Counted from the stretch's first letter, positions 1 through 12,661 are shown. The stretch is 64,000 bases of DNA from Rebecca billardiae RCC1528 (GCA_965240325.2 OZ251229.1:1984001-2048000); one strand, 5' to 3'. Numbers and translations: made by a program. The notes: a model not told the origin generated them from the letters alone.

Positions 1-266
1 GCCAGCAACAAACAATCACATGAATGGGAGCGGACGCCTACGACTCGGAGGTACCGTACGACGCGGCCAGCCATCATGATCAATCACTGCTGGCAGCAGG
101 CGCCGGCTGGCCGAGCTGTGCAGCTGCGTGGCGCCTGATGAGTGATGCGGGCTTATTGTTCAATCGTTACGAGAGTCCGGAGCCACGGCCACGAGCACGT
201 CAGGCCGCGCGTCCGGCAGTCCGAGTGAGTATCGGTTCGGGTTACTCACTTACCGGCGTCAGTAAG

Positions 267-267
<1 letters not shown>

Positions 268-336
<69 letters not shown>
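268..336. repeat. (TA)n microsatellite
   Basis: Pure TA dinucleotide run. Confidence 0.98.
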
Positions 337-338
<2 letters not shown>

Positions 339-927
339 CATATGTATACATATTCCGATCTGCTGAGCTACTCCGTCTCCGCGTGCCGAGTTCAGAGGCG
401 ACCAGCCGTCCACCTGTGCGCTGGCCCGGGGCCGGTGGCTAATGATGAGCCTCATAATGAACTCGGCAGCGGGTACTTATAGAATGATGGCAATAATAAC
501 CGTTATACTTAATAACTTAAACTAGGCTGCGCCTATGACGACTGTAGTGACGAACAATACTCTCAGGCCGCGGCCGTTCTGCTCAGCTAGGCCGTCTCAG
601 CGATTCGTTGATTTCGGGCCGAGTCACTGCTAGCGACGAGACACTGACACAGTGACACTGACGAGTCGAAATTACTATACATGAGCAGTCGTAATATGTT
701 TCGCATGCCTCGAGTCGTAGTCGATACGATGATCTCACGGAGTCTGCCGTGTCGGCTATACGGTACTCGGTACCGGGCGCAGCCTACGGCCACGTGGCAC
801 TGGCACGCTGGGCATTAACGCCCACGTCTCGCGGACCGCCGCGCGTATAATTTAATATGCGCCACGCGCGCGCCGTAACTAGTTACGTATAGTGATGATA
901 TTTTTCAATATATATATATTAACTAGC

Positions 928-930
<3 letters not shown>

Positions 931-986
<56 letters not shown>
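931..986. repeat. (TA)n microsatellite
   Basis: Pure TA dinucleotide run. Confidence 0.98.
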
Positions 987-988
<2 letters not shown>

Positions 989-1139
989 GCTGTCGTCGTA
1001 ATCCCGTGACGACTTAGTCTGCATAGACTTAGTAGTGAGACTTTCGTTTATTAACATGGCATCGTCATTCGTCACTAGACACTCCGTACTGTGTCTCTGT
1101 GGCTCCGACAGACTTGGGCAGTCTCCTAGCCTACGACTC

Positions 1140-2415
1140 TTATGGCCCGCGGTGCAGGGCGGAGCGCGCAGCGTGGAGCCCGCACCAGCGGGCCCGAACC
1201 ACGTTTCAAAAAGATCTTTGATCAAGAAAAAAGGGACGGGGGGCGGCGGGAAAAAAGGGACGGGGGGCGATTTTTAGGGCTGGCGGAGACCGAGTTTCGA
1301 GTTTTTGAGATCGCATAGAGAGGTCTATTAGGCCGAAAAAGAGCGCGCCCACGATATTCCCTAAGTAAAGTGCGATCTGGACGTCAGCCGGACGTGACTT
1401 TAGCGTAACGGTTCGTTACGAGCGAATCGTATTCGTCGTCCCGGATCGCGTGACGTCCGGACTGGGCCACATCCGGATCGTCGGAGGTGACGTGCCCCGG
1501 CACGATGGCGTCGGATGCGGGACGGCGCCTGCACGTGCCTCCGGACCCGCCTCCCGCTTGCTGCTCACGCAGTCAGCTGCGACCGTGGCGCATGATCGCA
1601 GAAGCAGTGCCGGCAGTACGGCCTGCATCAGCTAGTGCCGCGCCGTCGTGGCGCGCGCGGTACGGTTGCGCGTTTGCAGCGCTCGCCGCTCGGCGACGGC
1701 ACGCGCGTGCGGCTCAGGTGTGTCAAATGCGGTCTCGTCGGCGCGCTTTCGCCTGCCACCTCGTGCACCCGTGCCGCCAGTTTCATCGTCTTCATGAGGA
1801 CTGCTGCTGCTGTCGCCATCCGCTCTCCATCACCCCGAGTCGCGCGCGGCGCGCGCGGTAGGCACTAGGGCAGGGCGTACGGTCACTCACCCGTGCAACG
1901 GGTCAAGTGGCCAGAGTACGTCTGGTCGTTGGCTGGCACGGGCCGCAGCGCTGAAGCACCCTGCTGTCACACCCGACTCCTTCAGTACTCCGAGCTCCGC
2001 GGCACGACTCACTCGGCACGATCGCGGACGGGTCGGATCCGAGCTGATCAGCCAGAGTTGGACACAGTTTGGCAGCTACTAGTAGTAATTCCGATGCCGA
2101 TGGCACGATCGCGGACGGGTCGGATCCGAGCTGATCAGCCAGTTGGACATTTGGCAGCTAGTTGTCAGACGGACGTCCGATTTGACGACCGGTGCCGCGT
2201 GCGGTCTCAGGTCCGCTGCTGTGATTGTGTGAAGTGTGAATGAGTCTCGCGGTCGCGCAGGCAGGGCGACGGTCGGACTAATAGCTTCAGTCATCTCAGA
2301 ACCGACTTCAACTGGCGAACTGCCACTACGGCGGAGAGCCGCGATTGCACGGCCACCGCGGGCCCCCAACTGCGTTGATTCTATGCAGAAAAGGACCGCG
2401 GAACGCGGTCATTAT
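1140..2415 (+). mobile_element. Non-autonomous element H0 (subfamily A), Helitron2/Helentron-like asymmetric ends
   Basis: 5' end TTATGGCCCGCGGTG. The first ~280 bp match 49205-49465 (minus). 3' end: CACCGCGGGCC (2354-2364, inverse of 1144-1154), mini-hairpin CAAC-TGC-GTTG, hairpin GACCGCG-GAA-CGCGGTC (2394-2410), then ATTATTT. The same 3' block is at 47421-47479 (minus). No TSD seen. Confidence 0.75.
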
Positions 2416-2490
2416 TTGAATAAACTAATCAGCAGCTAGCGCTATAGTATATATAGACAGCATATATTTGACTACGAACCCCCTGGCCAA

Positions 2491-4129
2491 CTAACTGCTA
2501 GCAGTTAGATCATTGAGGTCGTCCACTGCTGCGTCTGGGTCCTCGTCCTCCTCGTCCGTGGCCACGCTGCTTCTGCGCGGCCGGCCGTTGCCCGCTTGGT
2601 CGCCAGCGGCCTTCCGCCTCACGCGCTTGAAGACGCGCACTGAGCGTATCTCCAGCGTCGCAGGGAGGCCGCTCTCGTCCACGCCCTCCTTCCCGCCCCA
2701 GTTGCCGCCGATCGCGAGATTGAGCAGCAGGAAGCACGGCTGATCGAACGGCCATTCTGCGCTGCCGCCCTCCTTGACCCGGCGGAAGGCGTGGTATTTG
2801 TGGTCGTCGACAAAGAAGGTGAGAGCGCGCGGCGACCACTCGAGCCCGTAGGTGTGGAACGCCTCGGACGCGTCCGGCACGACGTACGCGCCGTGCGACT
2901 GCGTGCGCTGCCGGTGGTTGAACGCCGCGGTGTGCACGGACGCGTGCACGGTGCCGTTCGGCTGCCAGCCCACCGCCTCCATCAGGTCGATCTCGCCGCT
3001 GTCCGGCCAGCGGCCGTAGGCGGAGTGCGCGGGCAGCATCCAGATGGCCGGCCACAGGCCGCGGTGCCACGGCGGCAAGCGCGCGCACACCTCCACGCGG
3101 CCGTACTTGAACTCGAACAGCCCGCGCGTGTGCAGCCGTGCAGATGTGAACTGGCACCCCTCCCACTGCTCGGCGCGCGCGGTGATGTGCAGCACGCCGT
3201 TGTGGACGCGCGCGTTCTCCGGCCGACCCTCGGTGTACCACTGCAGCTCCTTGTGCGCGGCATCGTGGATCCACTGCGGGCACACACGCGCGCGTGGCGT
3301 GTGTGGGCGCGGCAGCGGCGCCCATGCTCAGCTCACACAGCCTGCGCCGCGCGCACGCGCGCACGCTCGCGCCGCGCGCATGCACCTTGTTGCAGTTCGT
3401 CTGAAACGCCCAGCGCTGCGGGTTGGGCAGGCCGTCGCCATCCTCGAACTCGTCGCCCCACACAAGGCGCCAACGATGGCGGCTTCGACCGCATATGCGC
3501 ACCGCGAGCGCCCGCGGCCGCAGCGAGATCGCCAGGACGCTGACAGGCGCGCTCGGCGCTGCCGATGATTCGACGCCGGCTTCGTCGTCGCCCTCAAACG
3601 TGGTGCCCATGCCGACGTGCGCCTCGCGGTACCGGCGTGCGCGGTGCTGGTGCTGTATCAGCTGCGCCGCCTCAATCACCATCTCGCCGCAGACGAACCC
3701 GTAGGCGAACGGCAGCCGCTCCGCCGGCCGCTCGGCCACCATGCGCACGACGCACCGCGCCAGGATCGGCTTGAGCGAGGCCACCTGCGCCTGGCGCAGC
3801 TTCGTCGAGAGGCCCTCGATGTTGCTGCTGGCAGGGCCAGGCTTGGGGATGCCATCCACCCCCTCCTCCGCGCACATGGCGCGGAGCACATCCAGCAGCG
3901 CGTACTTGGGCCCGCGCACGCGCCCGGCCGCGCCGCGCAGGAAGCGCTCGACAATCGTCGCGATGAGAGGGTCGACCTGCTTCGCGAGGTACTCCTGCAC
4001 GTTGTGCCGGCGCACTTGCTGGATCGAGCGCGTCCAGCCATTCCCCGCAGGCGGTGGGACCGCCGGGGGCTGCGCCGTCGCCCGGCTGGCCGCCAGCGCA
4101 GCGGGGGACGGCAAGGCGACGCGCACCAT
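2491..4129 (-). CDS. GH16 beta-1,3-glucanase/laminarinase-like protein with N-terminal Dpy-30/RIIa-like and IQ-like motifs (2 exons, intron 3274-3385)
   Basis: WRLVWGDEF..., ELQWYT, FTSARL, YGRVEVCARLP, GLWPAIWMLP, GEIDLME (ExDxxE catalytic motif), FHTYGLEW, WPFDQPCFLLLNLAIGGNWGG. A GT..CAG intron joins ...TNCNK|WIHDA in frame. Confidence 0.88.
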
Positions 4130-4789
4130 GCGGTCCGCTGCGCAACTGGACCGCCGCTGAAATAGCGCACGGCGAGTAACATCCACACAGTTTTCTATGT
4201 CGTTTCACAATGACAGCTTGGGACGTGAAACCGCGCGCCCCTACCGGGTCAGACGGGCAACTGGTTCATCCTGACACAGAGCACAGTACAGTAGCTAGCT
4301 ACTGACTACTGTAGCTAGTGACTGAGTCCACAGTTTCACGGTCTGACGACGGCCAGCGTCCCGGGCGTATCGCCGGTGCCCCCGCAATATGGCTGCAAGA
4401 CTAACAAGAGTACGTGACAGTACTGATCGTGGCTCCTGAGGCAGCCGCCCGCGCTGCCAGGCAAGCCAGACCCGGGGCCGGCGGCGGCAGAACGCTATGA
4501 GTATGACTCTGCCCGCATGCGGCATGCCACCGAGGCCCAGACTCGCAGACGCGGCACCGTACTCCGTTCTCCGTCACAGTAGCACGCGCCATACCGTCAG
4601 CCGGCCTCACCGCTCACGGATACGGTTCACAAGCAAAGGCGCCAGCGCCGGGCGGCCCGCGGCGGGCTCAGCCTTGAGCTGGGCTGGAGCCCGGTGCCAC
4701 CGATGGCGGCACCGGGCTGCCGCCGCCCTGGCCCCGACCCCCCGGCACTCCCCGCTGCCACGCAGCGCACGCACCACTGGCGGCGTCGC

Positions 4790-7755
4790 TCACTGGCGGC
4801 CGAGCATCACGCCGAACGTCGCGTACGGGATGCGGCCGTCGGGGCGGCCCGCGTGCCGCTGCAGGTGTGCCATCATCAGCCCGAACTCGCGCTCCGAGAC
4901 GCGCAAGTTGTGCTTCTTGAAGGCCGCGCGGAACTCCTCCAGGCCAAGCGTGCCTGCGCGCGGGCGCACACGGGCGTGAGGGCCACCTCGGAGTCGTCGT
5001 GAGCGGGCGCGGCCAGCCGGTAGCGCGCACGCACGCAGCCGTGCCCTGCGCGGCTGGGCGCGTGTCGGGGCGGCCGCCGCGCCGCGCGCAGACGCCTCAC
5101 CCTTGCGCTCCGTGTCCATCTCGCGGAAGAGCACGGCCATGCGCACGCCGCGGTCGGAGAAGGCCGCGCGGATTTGCATGAGCGCGCGGTCGACCGACGC
5201 ATCCTCCTCCTGCGACGCCTCCGCGCGGGTGTACGCCCGGAGCAGCTCGGGGGCGGGCCTGTCGCGGTGGATGGGCGCGGTCGAGGGCCGAGGCGCCGAG
5301 CCCACGTTCAGCGGCTCCGCGGCGTTGTCGCCAAAGTCTTGCGTGATCACCGCGTCGCAGAACGCGTCGTACGAGATGAAGCCGCGGCCGCCTCGGTCGA
5401 AGCGCGCCATCAGGGCCGCAACCTCCTGCGGTGCGCGGTGCGCGGTGCGCGCAGTCGCGCGTCATGGCGCGCCGCGCCGCGCGCTCCGAGGGACGGGCGG
5501 CCAGGCGCAGGCGCGGCGGGCACGGGCCCGGCGCGCGCACGTTGGCATCGAGCTCGAGGTGCAGCTCTGAGAGCAGGTGAGCGAACTCGGAGATGGTGAT
5601 GCGGCCGTCGGCGTTGCGATCGATGGTGCGGAACACCTTGCGCGAGTGCGCCGAGCGCGAGGTGAGGATCGCGCGCAGCTGCGCCTCGAGGTGGTCGACG
5701 CGCGCCTCGTCCACGGCGCCGGGCTCGCCCGCGGGCGCTCGCGCGGCGTACGACTCAGCCTCGTTCTCGAGCGCGCGCCGCTGCTCCGTCTCCAGCGCCG
5801 CGCGCTGCCGCGCCTCGTCCGCGCGCGCGGAACGGATCTCGGCCTCGCGCGCCGCGAGGAAGCGCGTCGCGTACAGATCGGCCTCGCCCAGCACGAGCCG
5901 GCGGCCGTGCAGGTCGATGTGCGCGCCTGTGTAGAAGTGGTGCAGCGCGTACTGCCTGGGGCCGTCCGGCAGCGGCTGCGGCAGCGGCGCGCGGCACCGC
6001 TCGAGGAATGAGCCACCCGTGTACCCAGAGTTGCGCGAGCGCGTCTCGAAGACTTGCACCGTGGAGTCGGCCGGGAAGAAGGAGACGACGAACTCGCGCG
6101 ACGCGTCGTCGGCGGAGCCCGAGTCGAGCTTCGCCGTGAAGCGGAGCGCGCGGTCGCCGTCGCGCTTCGTGCCCACCGCGAGCGAGCCGGGCTCGGGCGG
6201 CGCCGGGCGGAACATGTCGCGCTTCGCGCGCGCGCGCGGCATGAGACCGCCATACACTGAGTTGAGAGAGTCCTCCTCCGAGCCGAAGCCGGTGTGCGGC
6301 GGCGTCGGCATCGACGCGCGCGGCACCTTCTTCTGGAAGGCAAGCGTCTGCGCGCGAACGGACCAGGTGGCGGGTGGGGCGGGTGGTCAGGCGCCGGTCA
6401 GCGCCGCAGCGCGGGCGCGGGCGCGGGCGGTGCGCGACCGCCCTCACCTCCTTCTCGAGCGAGGGCGCGAGCGTGACGCCCTCGCGCTCGGCCATCCACT
6501 CGCGCGTCGCGCCGTCCGCGTCGTACACGAAGCAGCGCCGGCCGAACACGTTGATGTGCGAGCCCACCAGGATGTCCTTGGGCGCGAGGTACAGCACGCC
6601 CTTCGCCGGCCCAAAGCCCGCCTGGCCGGCCGTCTCGTATTTGAGCGGAATGCGCTGCCGGCCGACGGAGAGCGGCAGGATGTCGGTCGTGCGCGAGGCG
6701 GCCATGAGCTCGGCCTTGTTCTCGAAGACCTCCGCGGTGCCGTCCACGAGGAAGTAGTGCATCGTCAGCTTGCGCTTCAGGTACGTCGGGATCCCCTCGT
6801 CCCAGAGCAGGTAGTACCGCAGGACGATCCGATCAAACTGCAGGAAGCGCTGGAGCGCGCTCGGCTCCGCGGGGCGGGGCGGGGTGATCTCGTCGTCGTC
6901 GTCCGCCCGCGAGCCGCCGACGACGCCCGGGGGCCAGCTCTGCAGGGCGGACGGGTCCTTCGGCACGGCCAGCTCCTCGCCCACGCGCACGCCGTGCGCC
7001 TCGAGGAACGCGCGCGTGAACGCGTCGCACGAGGCCAGCACGTACACGCGGCCGTAGCAGTCGAGCTCGACGCCCACGTTCAGGTCGGCGAGCGAGTAGT
7101 AGCCGCCGCGGGGGGAGCGCACGCGGTGGCGCTTGAGGAGGACGCCCTGCGGCATCCCCGAGTTCTCGACCGGCCGCTCGTACACCTGCATCGTCCCGTC
7201 GCCCACGTGGAACGTGAGCGTGCACGTGCGCACGCGCTCGACCGCGTCCGGCTCGCCCGCCGAGACCGTCTCGCGGAAGTAGGCGTGGAAGGCGAGCATC
7301 GCGTCCGAGTCGTCCGAGGCCCACGCGGGCGCGGGCACGAGCGAGCTCGCGGGTAGGTGCTCGCGCGCGTCGCGCGCCTCGTCGGGCGTCCAGCCGCCGG
7401 GCACGCCCGGCTCGGCGCTCGCAAACGCGGGCGCGCGGCGCGGCGCCGGCCGCTCGCCGGCCGCGGGCGCCGACGACCTGGGCGGCGCCGAGGGCGGCCG
7501 CTCGGGGAGCGGGAGAGGCGGCGGGCGCGCCGAGGGCGCCCCCGGCGCGCCCGCGTTGTGCGCGCCGAGCGGCGCCGCGCCGGGCGGCTCGACCTTGCTC
7601 GTCGGCCGGCCCGGGATGGGACGGCGCGGCTGCGAGACGAAAAACGCGCCACCCTTCACCTCGCAGTGCTGGCGCCGGGCGAAGTCGGTGCGCGTGTAGT
7701 CCGTGTACTCGTACCCGGGCAGCATGGGGATGCCGGGCGGCCGCATCTGGTACAT
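4790..7755 (-). CDS. EFHC1/EFHC2 (Rib72-like) axonemal protein: three DM10 domains plus EF-hands (introns 6348-6447, 5426-5540, 4954-5100)
   Basis: N-terminal PMLPGY; DM10 repeats (LAFHAYFRETV...ENSGMPQG; VLRYYLLWD...YFLVDGTAEV; LRFTAKL...FFPADSTVQVFE..RNSGYTGG); PPHTGFGSEEDSL motif; EF-hand loops DRNADGRITISE and DRGGRGFISYD. Canonical splice sites restore the frame. Confidence 0.9.
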
Positions 7756-7954
7756 CGCGCCGTGCCCGCTGCTGGCGGGGGCTGGAGCGAAGTGGCGCTT
7801 TTTGAAGCAGTCGACGGCGCCGCCCTCGCCCTCGGCGGTTGGCCGGGGCTGACGGCGCCTCCGGATTCGAGCAGATCTCCGTCCGGACGGGTGGAGCAGC
7901 TCCTGCAGTGCCTGGTCGCTTGGACCGCCCCCGGGCGGTCGGGGTGGCGCGCGA

Positions 7955-9199
7955 ATGGCGTTGGCCATGATCGCCGTGGCCGCAGCGGTGAGGCCGCCGT
8001 TCACCGCTGGCCGCACCCTCGGCATGGGCGTGCGCGCGAAGCTACGTGCCGTCGCCACGCAGGCGGACGCGGCGCCCGATGCGGACGCGGTCGCGGCGGT
8101 GCGCGCGCGTGCGGCTGCGCGGCTCGCGGCGCTCGAGGAGGCGGCGGCGCGCCGCGACGCATCTGAGAGCGAGCGCACGTCGTGGGTGGACGGGCGCACG
8201 TACGACCCGCGCCTTGCTGATCCGCGCAAGGCCTGCCTCGACCGGGACGGCTTCATCGTCGCCCGAGGCTTTGCGGACGCGGCCGAGTGCGCGGCGATGC
8301 GCGAGCGCATGGCCTTGCTTGCCTCGGCGTGGGACCCCGCGCGCGAGCTCGTGCAGTTCCGCACGGACGCGGGGCAGGAGGGGGCGCAGGCGAGCTCGGA
8401 CTACTTCCTCGACTCCGCCGACCGCGTCCACTTCTTCGCCGAGCCCGGTGCCGTCGACGAGGCGACGGGCGAGCTGCTCGTGCCGCGGGAGGCCGCGCTG
8501 AACAAGGCGGGCCACGGCCTGCACGCCGCGCACCCGGGCGACCCGTTCTGGGCGTACTCGACGTCGGCGCGGCTGCGCGAGCTCGTGCGCGCTCTGGGCT
8601 GGCGCGATCCCGTGCTACCCCAGTCCATGTACATCTACAAGCAGCCGCTCGTCGGCGCGGAGGTCACGTCGCACCAGGACTCGACGTTTCTCTTCACGCG
8701 GCCGCGGCAGACGTGCCTGGGGCTCTGGCTCGCGCTGCACGACGCGACGGTGGAGAACGGGTGCCTGTGGGCGCGGCCGGGCTCGCACGCCGAGCCGCTC
8801 CGGCGGCAGTTCGCGCGCAACCCGGCGCACTTCGCGCCGCCGCGCCGCGCGGACCCCGCCGCACCGCAGATGGTCTTCCGAGACCTGGCGAGCGCGAGCG
8901 ATGGCGACGCAGCGGCCGCGGCGGCCGCGCGCGCGTGGGAGGGCGCGCTGCCGCCCGGAGCGTGGCCACTGCCGTCCGACGGCCTCTTCGAGCGCGGGTT
9001 CGTGCCGCTCGAGGTGCATGCGGGCGACCTCGTCGCCTTCGTCGGCACGCTCGACCACCTCTCGCTGCCCAACCGCTCGCCGCTGCCGCGGCACACCTTC
9101 CAGCTCCACCTGGTCGAGGGGCCGCGCGCGGGCGTGGCGTGGTCGGCGGACAACTGGCTGCAGTACCCGGCGGGGAAGGAGTTCCCAAGCTTGTGCTGA
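7955..9199 (+). CDS. Phytanoyl-CoA dioxygenase-family 2OG/Fe(II) oxygenase (PHYHD1-like); start may be ATG 8023
   Basis: DYFLDSADRVHFFAE, LNKAGHGLH, QSMYIYKQP, HQD Fe-binding motif, WLALHDATVENGCLW..PGSH, distal H in DHLSLPNRS, NWLQ. Confidence 0.9.
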   Translation: MALAMIAVAAAVRPPFTAGRTLGMGVRAKLRAVATQADAAPDADAVAAVRARAAARLAALEEAAARRDASESERTSWVDGRTYDPRLADPRKACLDRDGFIVARGFADAAECAAMRERMALLASAWDPARELVQFRTDAGQEGAQASSDYFLDSADRVHFFAEPGAVDEATGELLVPREAALNKAGHGLHAAHPGDPFWAYSTSARLRELVRALGWRDPVLPQSMYIYKQPLVGAEVTSHQDSTFLFTRPRQTCLGLWLALHDATVENGCLWARPGSHAEPLRRQFARNPAHFAPPRRADPAAPQMVFRDLASASDGDAAAAAAARAWEGALPPGAWPLPSDGLFERGFVPLEVHAGDLVAFVGTLDHLSLPNRSPLPRHTFQLHLVEGPRAGVAWSADNWLQYPAGKEFPSLC

Positions 9200-9488
9200 C
9201 GGACGGACGCAGCGCGCGCGCGCGAGGATCCTCGCACGCGTCGGCAGGCGAGGCGTCTGTAGTGGCTCCGCGGGGCGGTGCAGGCGACTTGCCGTGTCGT
9301 CCGGGCGGCGCGGTTTTCCGTTTTCCGTTTGCGGAATAAAATCATCCGCGGAGAAAAACGTTATTCGAAAATCCCCCCACCGATAAAGTCCGGTAGCATC
9401 GCACGCCCGGACAGTCCTTTGCCGGTGCCTGGTGCAGCCTCCGCAGCGCGCAACACCTTCGGGGTTCTCGTTCGACGAGGCCACTGGG

Positions 9489-10481
9489 ATGAAGCGGCCG
9501 CGGCCCTCGGACGACGCGCCGAAGGAGGCGGCGGTGCCGGCGAAAGCGGACGATGCGTTCGTCCTGCCCGACGACGTGTACATCTATGCGCCGTGCACCC
9601 TCACACAGATTTGCGAGGAGCGGATGAACACAGACGTGCAGGCCGTCGTGCCGCCGCAGTACCTCACCGCTGCGCACGCGCACCGCACGGTGCGGCTGCG
9701 CCAACTGTGGGGGACGGACGTGTACACGGACGACTCTGATCTCCTCGCTGTGCTCGTGCACACCGGGTACGTCGGCCTGCACGACGAGGGCCCCAAGCCA
9801 CCGTTGCTCGTGACGCTGCACGTGTGCGCGCGGCAGGCCAACTACGCATCGACGACGCGGCACGGGCTCTGCTCGCGCGAGTTTGGAAGCGACCACGGTG
9901 GCGTGTCGTACAAGATCGAGCGGTGCGTGCAGTACACCGGCGACCTCGCCGAGCTCGAGCCGCGCCTCAGCTCCGCGTCGAGCGGGCGCAACTGCCTGCC
10001 GACCATCTCGCTGCTCCCGCCGGGCTACCCTCCGTCTGCGCTACACATCATGTTCAACCTCGCCAACGAGCCGATGTACAAGTACTCGCTGCAGCTGATC
10101 GCCGACCGCGGCTTCGAGCCGAAGGACTGGACATCGACCCGCCTCCGCGCGGAGGCGCTCTACCTCGAGTCCGACTCGACGCGGTACGAGCTGATCCAGA
10201 AGGGGACGGCGCGGCCGAGGGGCGCGCCGGACGGCGCGCTCTACGATACGTACGCGTTTGCGGAGGTGCTGGCTCCGCACGCGCTGGACGCGGATGCGAT
10301 GAAGCGCGCGGGCGTGCCGCTGCCCGCCGAGCACGTGCGTGTGCTCCACGAGGGCCTCGACTGGGAGGACATCGCCTGGGGGCGCACGTCGGTGCGCATC
10401 CGCTCTGCTGAATACCCGCTGCTGCGAATGGCGTTTGTGAAGCATGCGCCCTCGGCCGCGGGCGCTGCCTCAGCGGAGTGA
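9489..10481 (+). CDS. Rxt3-like histone deacetylase complex subunit
   Basis: VRLRQLWGTDVYTDDSDLLAVLVHTGY and YASTTRHGLCSREFG motifs of the Rxt3 domain; FNLANEPMYKYSL as in plant-type Rxt3-like proteins. Confidence 0.82.
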   Translation: MKRPRPSDDAPKEAAVPAKADDAFVLPDDVYIYAPCTLTQICEERMNTDVQAVVPPQYLTAAHAHRTVRLRQLWGTDVYTDDSDLLAVLVHTGYVGLHDEGPKPPLLVTLHVCARQANYASTTRHGLCSREFGSDHGGVSYKIERCVQYTGDLAELEPRLSSASSGRNCLPTISLLPPGYPPSALHIMFNLANEPMYKYSLQLIADRGFEPKDWTSTRLRAEALYLESDSTRYELIQKGTARPRGAPDGALYDTYAFAEVLAPHALDADAMKRAGVPLPAEHVRVLHEGLDWEDIAWGRTSVRIRSAEYPLLRMAFVKHAPSAAGAASAE

Positions 10482-11459
10482 GCGGGCGGTAGCCTCCGGC
10501 CGAGGCGCGTCCACGGCGAGGTCGCACGGAATGGGCGCCGGGACATGCGACGAGCTGCAGAGCGTGGGTGCGCCACGTGACCCACACACCGCGTGCAGCA
10601 GTCGGCGGCGAGGACGGGGTGGCGCGACTACTGCGCCATCTTGCCTGCCGAACGGACGGTCATGCGGACGAGTCGTGCCAGCGCGCCGGTGACCGGCACG
10701 GGGAGTGGAGCCCTGGGCAGCACACTGGGGGAGTGGCCGCGGGCGGGGCAGCGCCACGGCCGGTGGGCGGGGCGCGGCTGTGGCGCCGCCGGGCTAGTCA
10801 GCCGCAGCGGCGCCCGGCGTCGCCTGGCGACTCTGGACTGACTGGCTCAAGTCTGCATTCACAGTGCCCGCCGCGAGCGGCCGCGATGCCGCGCGGGCTG
10901 CGCGCCGCTCCCGACGCTGGGCCTGGCTCTGTCAGTGTCGGCTGCGGCACCGTCGGGAGTTTGTCTTAGTAGTATTCTCGGAAACCCCGCCGGGATCAGT
11001 CCCAGCGGGCCCTCCCACTGACGGTCGGACTCTCATTAAATTATAATTTAAAAACAAAATATCATAATTATAATAATATAATTAAATATTAATAATTCGA
11101 TCTACTAGCTACGGGACCTTGCTGCCAGTGACTGAGTGAGCAATGCCAGCGGGCAATGGGCATTGGGCAAGCCACCCTTCACTCTTCAGCCTTCAGGCTC
11201 AGCGGTGCCGGACCAGCACTAGTTTCGTCATGGCCGTTCCGACGGGCGTTGCCCGGGTGGCGGGTCATGCCGATTCTGCCAGGCCATAGCCCATATACAT
11301 AGTACCGTGACGCGGCGACTCAGGACACGCGGCCCGTCATTGGCCCGCCCGACGGGTCGCCTGACGACGTCCGGACGACGACAATAAACAACATCAACCC
11401 TGGCGACCAACATCAACGTGACGCTCACAGTCACACCACTCACACTGCCACTGTTGGTA

Positions 11460-11530
11460 GTGGCACTTGGCAGTGGCACTTGGCAGTGGCACTTGGCAGT
11501 GGCACTTGGCAGTGGCACTTGGCAATGGCA
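11460..11530. repeat. 13-bp minisatellite (GTGGCACTTGGCA) x~5
   Basis: Five direct tandem copies plus a partial copy. Confidence 0.92.
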
Positions 11531-12388
11531 AGACAGTCACCACAACAGACGAATCAGGAGAGCTGCGCCGCCTCGTCGCAGTGCCCTCGTTACTCGTACT
11601 GATTAGTGATTAGTGCCCGCCGCCGAGTCAAGACGGTACGTCTACGATACTAACTGTAAGAAAAGTCCGCGCAGCGGCGCAGTCCGGGTCGCCCGGTCTA
11701 GCCAGTCGTCGAGCAGACCCGGTACTCTCCGGCCCCGGGGCGGCCGAGCCCGAGAGTCCCGGTGTGAGTCTGTCATTGATGTGAATTATAGCCGCGTACG
11801 GTGTCCCAGGCGCGCATCTAATTGACTCAATCACATTCGGGCGCACTCCACGGGTGTCACATGCCGTCAGACACGCGCTCAGCCGCTGGCCTCGCAGCCG
11901 TTCGTCAGCCCTGAAGCCTCGGGCCTGAGTCACGAGCCTGAGAGCGCTGAGCGGCCGCGCCGCGCGCGGGCGCCACTCTGACTCTCTCATCGGGGGGGGG
12001 GGGGGCTCGAGGACCAGCGCGCGAAGCGGTATGACGTGCGAGGAACAAGGACTGGCTCGAACTTAAGCCATGCTTTGCCATGGGCGCACGTCGCCCTGAG
12101 GATAGGAACGCCGCACTCGCAGGCGCCTTTGTGGCTACTCACTTCCGTGGGCTGTTGCTCACCCGCCTGGCGCCACGCCGGGCTGCGACCATGAGTCTGG
12201 AGAAGTAGGTGTGGCCAGCATGAGCCGCTGTGCGCAGAGAGCCCGTGGCGTCCTCGGGTGCCCGCCGGCACGGCCGGCGCGGGTTCACAGCGATGCCGGG
12301 ATAGCCAAACCTCCGTCGATGCCGGAGTCATGGCAGTTGCACATCGGTGTGATCGTGCCGCCCTGTGGCAAGCAGCTCACAGCAGGCT

Positions 12389-12661
12389 TCACCTGCCGCC
12401 GACGACCGAAGCGATGATATCCTTGACACCTGCCCTCAAATAGCCTGTGACGAGCAGGTCCACGTGCAAGAGCACAAGAGCAATCACCAGAGCGATTGTG
12501 CGCGGAGTCCAGCGGCGCCCGCCAGCCTTGAGGGACGCCGGATCATCGGTCTTGCCCGTCTCGGCCCCGGCGCACTGCTCGGGCGATGTGGTCTTTGTGA
12601 TGTAGAGGATGCTCAGCGTCGCCGTGATCGCTGTCGTCACGAGGCGGTAAGGGCAAACCAT
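12389..12661 (-). CDS. Small two-TM protein (MVCPYRLV...VDLLVTGYL), resembling the small plant/algal MCPLR-type proteins
   Basis: 90-aa ORF with two hydrophobic helices, CPxR start and VD..G-YL end; head-to-head with the hydrolase gene. Confidence 0.55.
   Translation of the reverse strand: MVCPYRLVTTAITATLSILYITKTTSPEQCAGAETGKTDDPASLKAGGRRWTPRTIALVIALVLLHVDLLVTGYLRAGVKDIIASVVGGR

Noticed and set aside
24-1225. ORFs containing YIYIYI runs (also 29049-29429, 56346-56775, and the SLSL run at 46073-46522)
   Set aside because: Translations of microsatellites.
11460-11530. CRISPR-like array
   Set aside because: Contiguous 13-bp units without spacers, no cas genes, eukaryotic context.
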